From: a virus
Taxonomy: Duplodnaviria; Caudoviricetes
Virus record (IMG/VR): IMGVR_UViG_3300021400_000056
Span: 1-64,000 of that record
Reading direction: 5' to 3' (one strand)
Length of the DNA stretch: 64,000 bases
Part shown: piece after piece, positions 39,112 through 48,444 of the stretch
Position numbering within the stretch: position 1 is the stretch's first letter
Layout: each line of letters opens with the position of its first letter
Program-made: the position numbers and the translations under genes
Notes under the pieces: generated by a model
Seen by the model: only the letters and a program-made list of their open reading frames with translations
What the model was told of the DNA's origin: nothing
Databases searched by the model: none

Positions 39112-39444
39112 TTCATTTGCTCCTTTCATTTAAGAAATATACTAGAAGAAAAAAGAAGAGAGGACTATTCGTCCTCATCCTCTTCGTCTTCAGAATCCTC
39201 CTTTTTAAAGATCTGAATTGCCTTATCTCCGATCTTGCAAACGACCCACAGTCCGCCGACAGCTCCGACGAACATCGCTCCTGTGTAAGTGCCGAGTCTA
39301 AAACCCGCCACCATCATAGTACCGACGTTGTTCAGTTCTGCTGCTACAGCTTTTCCTACGTTCATTGCCAGACCCTTCATAATAAGTTCCTCCTTTACTT
39401 TATATAGGTCTTCTGTTTCATTAAGGCGTCAGAAATTTTTACGA

Positions 39445-39735
39445 TTATTTCTTAATGTCTTCACAAAGAACCATTGGAACGTTTCCGCCAAGTGCATCCG
39501 TAACCTGACAAAAACCGTAATCATTAATGCAAGTAACAATATCGTGAATCGTCACATTTTCAGCATTATTGAGATCGTCAATAAGCCTATTGATTGTGTT
39601 TGCCGAATGTAAAGAGCCCAACTTAATTCCTCTTACATACCCGAAAATAAGTCCAACTCCGAGACACGCTACTCCGACCTTAACTGTTGTTTTATTCTTA
39701 TCCCACCAAGCCGATACTTTCTTTTTAAGTTCCAT
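39445..39735 (-). CDS. Membrane protein
   Basis: WWDKNK followed by a TM helix. Confidence 0.55.
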   Translation of the reverse strand: MELKKKVSAWWDKNKTTVKVGVACLGVGLIFGYVRGIKLGSLHSANTINRLIDDLNNAENVTIHDIVTCINDYGFCQVTDALGGNVPMVLCEDIKK

Positions 39736-39766
39736 TTCATAAGCTCCTTTCATTTTAAGAAATATA

Positions 39767-40273
39767 CTATTCAAATAGCATACGAACAGCTTCGATATCT
39801 ATAGGTGCATCGATAACGCTTTCTTCCACGAAAAAGTCGAAACTGACGCGGTAATCTGGGAAACCCACATATCGCCAATCTAGTCTTTCCTTAGTTTCTA
39901 TTCCATTTTTGTAAATATACTCAGGGACAAGGCTTGACGGAGCAACACCCCTGATTGCTTCGATCGCTTGTTCCAAGCTAGAATATGATCCAACGATAAA
40001 GTAGCCGCTCAAATTGTCATTAAGATCCTCTACAGGAATGTCATATGAGCATTTAACCAAATATACTTTTTCAGGTCCATCAACTTTAAGATAACCGACG
40101 CTGCAGCCCAACGATTCCGCAAGCTTATCATAGACTTCCTGTTTTCTAGGGCGTACATTTTTCAGCTCATAATTGACATACGCTCGTCTAGAAATTCCTA
40201 TAGACTTAGCGATCTCTGCCTGAGTCAGTCTTTGTTTAAGTCTAAGAATTTTAAGTTTCTTACCAAATTCCAT
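39767..40273 (-). CDS. XRE-family HTH regulator fused to an LGVF..EA-type domain
   Basis: FGKKLKILRLKQRLTQAEIAKSIGISRRAYVNYE; C-terminal VYLV...VGSYSSLEQAIEAI. Confidence 0.8.
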   Translation of the reverse strand: MEFGKKLKILRLKQRLTQAEIAKSIGISRRAYVNYELKNVRPRKQEVYDKLAESLGCSVGYLKVDGPEKVYLVKCSYDIPVEDLNDNLSGYFIVGSYSSLEQAIEAIRGVAPSSLVPEYIYKNGIETKERLDWRYVGFPDYRVSFDFFVEESVIDAPIDIEAVRMLFE

Positions 40274-40298
40274 TTCATAAACCCCTTTCATTTTAAGA

Positions 40299-40625
40299 TT
40301 ATAATAAGAAATCATTATCAGGATAATAAATGACGTCGGTATTTATCTCGTCGATTCTGACGATGTATGTCCAAGTGGATCTTCCCCAATCGGTAGCTTC
40401 AACGATTCGCTCTGTCCAGCTATCCCCACTGTTAATTTTATCATCGTTAATTCTTTCCATTTCACAAGGCCATGATTTTGTGAAGCTGTTAACGTCGAGA
40501 TTTTTAACAGCTTCAATCGCTTCGTCCAGATTGTGAAATACTCCTAAAAATTTTTGCGCATGAAAATAATCTTCATAATGCCCATCGTTCTCTACAAAAC
40601 ATTCGACTTTGTACATAGTGGCCAT
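40299..40625 (-). CDS. Hypothetical protein (LGVF..EA family)
   Basis: MYKV...FLGVFHNLDEAIEAV. Confidence 0.6.
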   Translation of the reverse strand: MATMYKVECFVENDGHYEDYFHAQKFLGVFHNLDEAIEAVKNLDVNSFTKSWPCEMERINDDKINSGDSWTERIVEATDWGRSTWTYIVRIDEINTDVIYYPDNDFLL

Positions 40626-40726
40626 TTCATAAGCTCCTTTCATTATTTGAAATATGCTAAAAGAAAAAAGAAAAGAGCCCTAAAATTAGGACTCTGCCAA
40701 CTGCGCGACCAGCGCCGGGCGAGTGC

Positions 40727-40879
40727 TTACGCCCAGAAGTACCAGTCGAGGACCACGTCCCCGGACCGATTGTAGTCGCGTACAATCATGTCCGGAGTAT
40801 AGTTCTCGTCATAGTGCTCCTTGACGTCTACAAAATCGCCAGTGACCTGGTCAACGTAAGTTATGTTAATTACTCCCAT
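40727..40879 (-). CDS. 50-aa protein (cassette gene, not in ORF track)
   Basis: MGVINITYVDQVTGDF...DWYFWA; AAAGGAG RBS; promoter 40905-40930. Confidence 0.5.
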   Translation of the reverse strand: MGVINITYVDQVTGDFVDVKEHYDENYTPDMIVRDYNRSGDVVLDWYFWA

Positions 40880-40943
40880 TTCATTTACTCCTTTCTTTTT
40901 GTTTCATTAAGGCATCAAAAATTTTTACGAGACAAAAAAAAAA

Positions 40944-41077
40944 GAGAAGCCTAGATCGCTTCTAACGATCGTCTCTTGAATTTAGACAAAGTCCAACTCA
41001 AGCGTTCTCCAGTTAAACTATTATCGGGGTTGGGCCTCTTCGGCCTCGCCATCTACGCTATTCCCCGTCAGCTTCTC
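40944..41077 (-). ncRNA. Structured ncRNA (~135 nt) in its own promoter cassette
   Basis: Closing stem GAGAAGC/GCTTCTC, three internal helices, then a U-tract of ~10; promoter 41077-41102. Confidence 0.6.
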
Positions 41078-42568
41078 ATTAAAGCATGAAAATTTTTTAC
41101 GACTTTCATAAAAGAAAAACCCCGGACAAGAATCGTTATCCGAGGTGCATTCATTGTACTTTTCTGAATTATCGTTCACACAAATATACTCATCTTCGAT
41201 CTCAAGATGGTATAGGCAGTCTTTACATGTTTTCATCCGCTTCCGATTCCTCCAAAATACGATCAATCGTATCTGCTAAATGGTTAAAGTTCTTTCTATC
41301 GATCCCGTCTTTAGAAATTAAAAACCCTTCATTAAATTTTTCCTGCAAGAATTTTCTTATAACTCTAACTCCTGAAATATACACAAAAGATCCAACAGCA
41401 TTCCCGCTCAACTGATAACGCAGACCGTCATACCCTTCGATTTTAATAAGCCCGATCTTTTCAAGAAAATATACCAATTTCCTCTGCTTGTCATTAACCA
41501 CCACGATTGTTGTATTCTCGTTCCTCATACATTACCTCTTTATAGTCTTCAACAAATGCTTTAAAATGAATCAGATCATTTCTCATCTGGTTCATAAGGA
41601 CTGTTTTTTCAAGTTTACCATATCCAGCAGGCATGTCAATTTGTTTCAGATAAGGCCTTATCTGAGTATAAATCCTAATTCTTTCATCTTCATTCATGTC
41701 ATAAACTCCTCTTCGTTAATCGGAAATATACTTAGAAAAAAGAAAAGAATCATAGGACTGAATTCTTTTTTCTCTTCAATCCTATGATCCCTAAAACCTA
41801 CCGATGTTCGAACCCATTCGCGAGCAGATACCTCTGCTGGGAAAGATCCTTAGCATCAACAATGATACTATCATTCGTGACCTCAAACTGATCATTATCG
41901 ACATCATAGCCGCTAACGATCATCCTTGCCATCAGCATCGTAGTATCATCATCTGTTACTCTAAGCTTCTTTTCCATCTTCATTGTATTGTCCTCCTTAT
42001 ATGGAAACGTTCATTTTAGTTTCTATTAAAGGACAAGAAATTTTTACGATTGGCTGTTTTCGTCTGAAATATCAGCTATGTCTTCACGAAGAACGTTAAA
42101 CTTCTCGTTCTCGAACTTTGCTTTAAGCTCGAGATTACGACTAATCAACCGATCTACTGTATTCACTCCTTTCTGCGCGCTGACTGCATTTTCAAGCGCC
42201 TCAGTTACGGCCTCTTCATACTCAGACTTAAGGTTCCTAAGCCTCTTAAGATTTTCATCAAGCAACTTGATCTTCTCTTCGTACATGAATGCTCCTTTCA
42301 AAATATCACTTCAATGCCTATCTCATATAGTTCAATAGGAAAAAGAAGAGAGGACCGATTAAGTCCTCCCATCTTAGATCACTTCTTCTTTTCTCTTTCT
42401 TTGAGTTTCTTTTCGACCGCATCGTCGATCTGCTTTTCCTGCAGCTTACTCGGGATGATAAAACTCCCGATAGCACACACTACTCCGCCGATCATCAGTA
42501 ATACTGTAGACATATAAAACCTCCTTGAATTTGAAATTTACTGTGTTCTATTAAGACATCAAAAATAA

Positions 42569-43006
42569 TTACGAATCCAGAACCTCAATCACATCCGGGT
42601 TCCATACGACAATTGAGTCGACATCCCATGAGTAAAACAGATTCGTATCATGAAGCTCGCACCAGTTCTCACTCAGATGTACCTCCATCGCATCGAATTC
42701 AGAGTAGATTCTGTTAAGATCCAATTTGCATCCGAAAAAGTGTGGATTAAGAGTGGTAAAAGGCTCGACGTCTCTTAAGTGTCTAACATGAAGGACCCTC
42801 GCTCCGTCTTTTAACTTAAATCTAAAATTCATAGCGAGCTGCTCTTCACTTCTAAAATCTTCAGCTTCACACCACTCTCTCCATCCCCAGTCAGTGTCTT
42901 CAGGAGATGCCCAAAGACCGGATGGCTTATCCCATCTGTCGAATTCCTTGACTATAAGTTCAGGCTTAAACACATCGCTCCCACAATGAATATACACACC
43001 TTCCAT
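42569..43006 (-). CDS. Hypothetical protein
   Basis: YIHCG...KPSGLWAS...W.EWC...YSWDVDSIVVWN. Confidence 0.6.
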   Translation of the reverse strand: MEGVYIHCGSDVFKPELIVKEFDRWDKPSGLWASPEDTDWGWREWCEAEDFRSEEQLAMNFRFKLKDGARVLHVRHLRDVEPFTTLNPHFFGCKLDLNRIYSEFDAMEVHLSENWCELHDTNLFYSWDVDSIVVWNPDVIEVLDS

Positions 43007-43095
43007 TTCATACCTCCATTTAGTACTTACAACTACCCTCGATAACAAAAAAAAGAGAAAAGACCCCTAAGATTTTCTCTTAAGGGCCTTTCACC

Positions 43096-43245
43096 TCAAC
43101 TCTCGTCAGTCACCTCCAAGATCGATTCTCCGATCCATCCGCCGAACTTCTCGCCGATCCAACCTCCGATTACCGTTTCCAGTGTCAGGAAACCGATAAA
43201 TGCGAAGATCTTACCAACAAGTACCATTTTAGCTTTTGTAATCAT
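43096..43245 (-). CDS. 49-aa Gly-rich membrane peptide (cassette gene)
   Basis: MITKAKMVLVGKIFAFIGFLTLETVIGGWIGEKFGGWIGESILEVTDES; promoter 43283-43308. Confidence 0.5.
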   Translation of the reverse strand: MITKAKMVLVGKIFAFIGFLTLETVIGGWIGEKFGGWIGESILEVTDES

Positions 43246-44379
43246 AATTATCCTCCTAAAAGTATGATCTTCCAATTTGTTTCATTAAGGGCATAAAAAA
43301 AATTACGAATTATTTGAGCAATTTTGTGATTAATAGCTCAAGCTCTCTTCTTTCTATCTCTCCATTAAGACCAACATAAACTTTGTACTTTCCGTTATCT
43401 GTTGACTCGATTTCGAACGTAGTAAGTTCCGTTGTAATGTCACAGCCGGTTGCTTTTTTGAGCTTTTTGTTTATAAATTTGCATATAAGCCGTTTTAAAA
43501 ATATACTTCTAATCCTCAATTCGTCCATTACTGCTCCTTTCATAAAAAAAAAGAAAGAGCCCCTTATTCAGGGGTGTCTTCCTCTTTGCTAGTTCCTACA
43601 AAATCGCTTATAAGTGAACTAAATCCTCCACTTATTGTGTATGAGATCCCGTCAAAATGCCCACAGATAGCCTGCTGCAATGCGACGTCTAATATCGCTA
43701 TAACGCCAATTGCGAATAGTATAGCTTTAAGTATCGCCATCACTGCAAACAGCCAAACTGCATATACTCTGTATAAACCTCTCTTAATAAGTTCCATATA
43801 GCTGCCCCCTTTAAGCTTTTTGCTATTAAAGAAAGATAAAAATATACGAAAAGAAAGAGAGGCCGAAGCTTCCCTTTCGGTTACTTCTACCTCCTCCCTA
43901 GCCTAGCCATTACGATCCTCGCAAGAATAATTGCTGCTGCAATTACAACAATAGGTACAATGAATTCAAGTATAACTCCGAGTACGATCAGTACTACAGA
44001 AATTATCCCTGCAACAATTGCTGCCAAAATAGTTGTTATTACTGCTAACATATTTCTACCTCCGTAAAATAATGTTCTATGTGCTATTAAAGAGGCAAAA
44101 ATTTTTACGAAAAGAAAAAAGGGAGAGGAGCCGATCTCATTTCGGTCTCCAATCCCGATCTCCATTTAGTCTCGTTTATTCCTCCTTTCATCGTGTAAAA
44201 TTATTAGAATTCCGATCACAATAATGATTAACCCGATCTCCATAAAGTTACCTCCTTTAATTTGAAATATGCCGACTATATACTTCCATCTAATGGGCGA
44301 AAAAAAATACGAATGACAAAAAAAAAGAGGAACCGGAACTTTTACGTTCCGATCCCAAAGTCGATCCTACAAGTTACAA

Positions 44380-44760
44380 TCAGAATTTCCATTTCGGAAT
44401 AAACCCGAGAATCTTGGAAGTTACCGCTCCAACCTCTTCGATTTCTCCGATTCGCTTAGATAGCACAAGTGTCACGACTCCCCCGATCGCACTGCTTCCC
44501 AGTTTTCCGATCATATCTCTGCGAGATTTCTTCTCCTCAGCCAGATTCCGATTGTTTGCATTAACATCATCGGATTCCGCCCTAAAAGAATCCACCGCCG
44601 CATCGTTTAACATCTTAAACTGCTTAACAAGCGATTCTCGAGTTTCCGGATCCTTCTCCGTCCTAAGCTCCTCTAAGATCTCTCTCATACGTTCCTGTAA
44701 CTCAGCACTACCCATAAGTATTTCCTCCTTAGAAATGTGCTTGTATACTTGTTTCTTCAT
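44380..44760 (-). CDS. Hypothetical protein (cassette gene)
   Basis: Probable start MGSAEL after AAGGAGG; promoter motif 44758-44783. Confidence 0.55.
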   Translation of the reverse strand: MKKQVYKHISKEEILMGSAELQERMREILEELRTEKDPETRESLVKQFKMLNDAAVDSFRAESDDVNANNRNLAEEKKSRRDMIGKLGSSAIGGVVTLVLSKRIGEIEEVGAVTSKILGFIPKWKF

Positions 44761-45075
44761 TAGACCCCCAAAAATTTTTACGGATTTTCTACCGTGTTGA
44801 TGACTGTTAAATATACGTGTCTCTTAGACGGAATCTCATCCAGTGGAATGTGAAACTCCATCAGGTAACGATCCCTTGCCGGATCCGATACGTCGACTTT
44901 AAGCACTCCGTCCGGTTTTCTCTTCGTAATGAAAATCCCGAACAAAATGCCAAAAAAGGCGCATCCGAAATATCCAGCAATAACAATAAGATCCATACTT
45001 TTTCTCCTTTCTAAAAGTTTTACAAAAATCCCATTAGGGGAAATTTTGGCAAAAAAAAAAAATAAACAAAAAGAA

Positions 45076-45176
45076 AAAGAGCGAATCGTTGGTTCTGATT
45101 TTTTTATCCGTCATTAAACGTCGCTAAGATCGTCTAACACCGATTTCATCAATCAGTTTCATCAACTCTACTCTTT
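45076..45176 (-). ncRNA. Candidate rod-like ncRNA (~100 nt) in a promoter cassette
   Basis: AAAGAG/CTCTTT, GTTG/CAAC and CTGATT/AATCAG nested pairings; promoter 45177-45203; U-rich 3' flank. Confidence 0.45.
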
Positions 45177-45197
45177 CTATTAAAGGACAGGAATTAT

Positions 45198-45551
45198 TTA
45201 CGAATACCCTTTTCTCTCACTAAGGAGCCAGAAGAACTTAGCTCTAAGATCATCGAACTCGCCCTTACTCAAAGTCACTCCTAACTGAGAGAAGCTAACA
45301 TCTTCGGTTACAGATCTTAAAATATATATACCATACTTCTTGTCTGTATCCACAGCCGTCGTCTCGATCAGCCGGATGCCATTTATTAAATTAGTAAGTT
45401 CTGTTGCAGTATCACCGACGGGATCCTCGCCGTCAGCAAACACCAATCCACTTAGTCTCCTAACACGATCTCTCATCTCGTAATACTGCAAACAGAAATG
45501 CTTCAGCTCTCTGTATCTGTGCGCGGACAACTGATAATTATTTGTTGCCAT
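45198..45551 (-). CDS. Putative phage transcriptional regulator
   Basis: LSAHRYRELKHFCLQY...ILRSVTE...RAKFFWLL; ArpU/RinA-like layout by inference. Confidence 0.5.
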   Translation of the reverse strand: MATNNYQLSAHRYRELKHFCLQYYEMRDRVRRLSGLVFADGEDPVGDTATELTNLINGIRLIETTAVDTDKKYGIYILRSVTEDVSFSQLGVTLSKGEFDDLRAKFFWLLSERKGYS

Positions 45552-45786
45552 CCCACAAATATCCTGTTTCTTCATACAGTTTTTTCGGGGAAATGTAGAA
45601 GTTGATTCGGCCAAGACGAGAGTCCATCTTATCAACCTCTGTGATCTTATCGCCATCTCTTGTAGCTACACCTATCGGCAGCCAACCAGCAATGATACCG
45701 GCTCTAACCCAGGTGGCGTCTTTACCATAGACTTTAGCTGCTACTTGAACTGGAACAGAACCAATTGGAAAACTTACTTCTAACAT
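45538..45786 (-). CDS. Excisionase-like DNA-binding protein
   Basis: VPVQVAAKVYGKDATWVRAGI...FYISP; divergent from the integrase. Confidence 0.6.
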   Translation of the reverse strand: MLEVSFPIGSVPVQVAAKVYGKDATWVRAGIIAGWLPIGVATRDGDKITEVDKMDSRLGRINFYISPKKLYEETGYLWDGNK

Positions 45787-46048
45787 TAAAATATACCTCC
45801 TAACTTAGCCTTAGGAGATTGTTGACGGATGATTTGATATAGACTATAATAAATCTGCTACGATTTTACCCTATATAAGCCTTACGAACAATCTCCATCT
45901 GGCTTGGTAAGGATTATATGGGGTTTGTTTTTTCTTGTCAATACTATCAAAAATATACGTTCTGCTAGTATCCACAACAAAAAGCAACAACCGACTTCTT
46001 TACTCGTCTAGTTTCAATTAAGTACTATTAAAAAATTTAGGAGGAAAA

Positions 46049-47257
46049 ATGCTGATAAAATGTATTGAATGTGGCGGAACAGTATCCGATAAAGCCGCTT
46101 TTTGTCCGCACTGTGGTTTCACTAAAGAAGAACCGATCATTAAGCCTGTAAAACCAAAGCCAAATAAAAGAATGCGACTTCCAAATGGTTTCGGACAAAT
46201 ATCATTGATTAAGAACCAAAACTTAAGGAACCCATACCGAGTTATGGTTCCAGACGGAAAGACCGAAACGGGAAGGCCAAAAGCTAAGCTCCTTAAGCCA
46301 ACTGCGTACTTTAAAACGTATAACGAAGCGTATGCAGCACTAACAGAGTACTGGAAGGATCCCCATCTTAGGCCTGACATAACTGCTGAGGAGCTTCATG
46401 AGAAATGGACAGAGGCGGCACTTAAAGACGTTCCAAGACATGCAAAATATACCAGAAGCGAGTGGCCTTGGCGTTACTGCGTATCGGCTTACAATGTAAA
46501 AGTTCGCGACATCAGAATCTACCATATAAAAGCCTGTATGGACGGTGAAGGATCCGGAGAAATTCCAACAGCAAGCGCTAAAGGCCAAATAAAGACCATG
46601 TGGAACCAGATGCTTGACTATGCTGTTGAAAATGATTACGTCGATAAGAACTATGCCAGAGCTATGAAGTATTCAGTTCCCGGCGCAAATAAAGAAAGCG
46701 GCATGCATAAATCTTACACCGATGACGAACTAAATATTCTCTGGGCAAATGTATTTAAGAATCCGTACATTGATATGACAATTGTTCAATGCTATTCAGG
46801 TTGGAGACCGTCCGAAATATGTTCGATCAAACTGTCAGATGTTGACATTAACAACTGGACCATGACCGGCGGCAGTAAGACAAGTGCAGGAATAAACAGA
46901 ACGATTCCGATTCACTCTCTCATTAGGCCGATTATCAAATACTACTATGATCTTTCCACGAGGGAAAATTACAAGACTCTTTTTATCTCGCCTGGCAATA
47001 ACGTAGAGATTACGTACAGCAATTTCTACAAATATCTTGAACTGCATTTGGCTAAGATCGGTTTGGCTGATACGCATATCCCTCATGACGGAAGGAAGTG
47101 CTTCGTGACTTTGGCTAAAAGATACGCAGTAAATGAATATGCAATCAAGAGGATCGTCGGGCACGTGATTGACGATCTTACTGAAAGAGTCTACACAGAA
47201 AGGCCTATGGAATGGCTCTCTGATGAGATCGAAAAGATCAAGTGGGAGAAAAAATAA
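46049..47257 (+). CDS. int: Tyrosine integrase with N-terminal zinc ribbon
   Basis: CIECG...CPHCG; RLPNGFGQI arm-binding start; catalytic GWRPSE, KT, HDGR, GH, VY. Confidence 0.92.
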   Translation: MLIKCIECGGTVSDKAAFCPHCGFTKEEPIIKPVKPKPNKRMRLPNGFGQISLIKNQNLRNPYRVMVPDGKTETGRPKAKLLKPTAYFKTYNEAYAALTEYWKDPHLRPDITAEELHEKWTEAALKDVPRHAKYTRSEWPWRYCVSAYNVKVRDIRIYHIKACMDGEGSGEIPTASAKGQIKTMWNQMLDYAVENDYVDKNYARAMKYSVPGANKESGMHKSYTDDELNILWANVFKNPYIDMTIVQCYSGWRPSEICSIKLSDVDINNWTMTGGSKTSAGINRTIPIHSLIRPIIKYYYDLSTRENYKTLFISPGNNVEITYSNFYKYLELHLAKIGLADTHIPHDGRKCFVTLAKRYAVNEYAIKRIVGHVIDDLTERVYTERPMEWLSDEIEKIKWEKK

Positions 47258-47504
47258 AGTGTAGGAATAATGTACGAAATGTGTATGAGTTTACTTAAAG
47301 AGATGTATAAGTAGTGTACGAATAAAGGAGACGCAAGTACGTTTTTCTAATGCTAATCATTAAATCAGCATGTTTGAAATAACGTAAATACGTCTCCTTT
47401 GCACGACCTGCTATCAAGTACTAGCTTCCATAGTCTTATTATATAAAACTTGAAAATGGCGGATTTAAGCCATTTTGAAGCGGCTAGTGTAGGAGTAGTG
47501 TAGG
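47258..47504. other. Putative attP with arm-type repeats
   Basis: Seven (G/A)TGTA.(G/A)-type repeats (GTGTAGGA, ATGTACGA, GTGTATGA, ATGTATAA, GTGTACGA, GTGTAGGA, GTGTAGGT) flanking an IR AAAGGAGACG...CGTCTCCTTT. Confidence 0.6.
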
Positions 47505-48425
47505 TTACTGAACCGGGGAAATATAATACAGCCGATTGACGACGCTTGAGACTAAATTTCCGGTATCATACAACACATATTGGATCAAACCCGCTTCATT
47601 ACCATTGGGACCTGTGACTCCGTAAAACGCAATGGCGTTTCCATCAGCGGCAGAAGCTGGTGTGTATAGGTTGCCCCTTACATTCAGCACAACGGGTTCT
47701 TCGCCATTAGCCGCGTTTGATACTGCTTGTATTACTTCATCATACTCTTTGTCCACGCCCATGGTTCCGTCACCGTTGTCAACGGCGTTAACAATATAGA
47801 ATTGACCTGAACCTGAAGCGCTAAATGGATAAAACTCGGTTAACTCCCAAGAGCTAAATGGACTATGCCAGTAAAGTGTTCCGTCTGGAGTTGGCAATTC
47901 ATACGGTATAATGCCATCAGCAGGAAGGTCAGCCGGTGCAATAGAATGCGCAAGTATACCATTAGCGCATAATAGTCCATCATGAAACAGCGAAACAGCA
48001 GCCATTACACGGCCTCTCACGATTGATAGTCTGACGTTCGGATCAAGCATACTAGGTATTGTATAAGCCTGGCCATCGAATGAAACACTTAACTCGCCCA
48101 TCGCTTCGACAATCGTTACAATCATTCTCTTCTTGCTCTCTACTGCTTGCATATACTCATCCGCTGGACGATTTGTGTATATAAGTTTTTCATTGCGAAC
48201 TTCGTCAGGAACGTCAGAATCTTGAGAAATAACATATCTCGCTGGTACAAAATATAAATCAAGATAGTACGTATCACTGTCTGCGCTGCCCGATGAAGAA
48301 CCGCCACTACTTGGCCCAGCAACATCCTCAATCTTATCGATCCATTCCTCTACGTTAGAAGCTCCTGTATTAGGATCTCCTCCGAGTTTTACATACAGTT
48401 TCTGTAATTTATCTGTAATAGCCAT
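47505..48425 (-). CDS. Hypothetical protein at the end of the tail operon
   Basis: 306 aa; short helical N-terminus, Gly/Ser linker, beta-rich remainder. Confidence 0.6.
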   Translation of the reverse strand: MAITDKLQKLYVKLGGDPNTGASNVEEWIDKIEDVAGPSSGGSSSGSADSDTYYLDLYFVPARYVISQDSDVPDEVRNEKLIYTNRPADEYMQAVESKKRMIVTIVEAMGELSVSFDGQAYTIPSMLDPNVRLSIVRGRVMAAVSLFHDGLLCANGILAHSIAPADLPADGIIPYELPTPDGTLYWHSPFSSWELTEFYPFSASGSGQFYIVNAVDNGDGTMGVDKEYDEVIQAVSNAANGEEPVVLNVRGNLYTPASAADGNAIAFYGVTGPNGNEAGLIQYVLYDTGNLVSSVVNRLYYISPVQ

Positions 48426-48444
48426 ATAAATTTCCCCTTTTTAA

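Larger units (their letters stand above)
5521..45203 (-). promoter_or_regulatory. Dispersed phage-specific promoter motif, ~25 copies (TCGTA-A/T-rich-CCTTTAAT[A/G])
   Basis: Copies start (+ coordinates) at about 5521, 17715, 18803, 19095, 19292, 20145, 21630, 22240, 22749, 23889, 28013, 28476, 33471, 33935, 39419, 40905, 41077, 42023, 42548, 43283, 43823, 44084, 44287, 44758, 45177; these are on the - strand, upstream of an RBS or an RNA stem. Confidence 0.8.
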
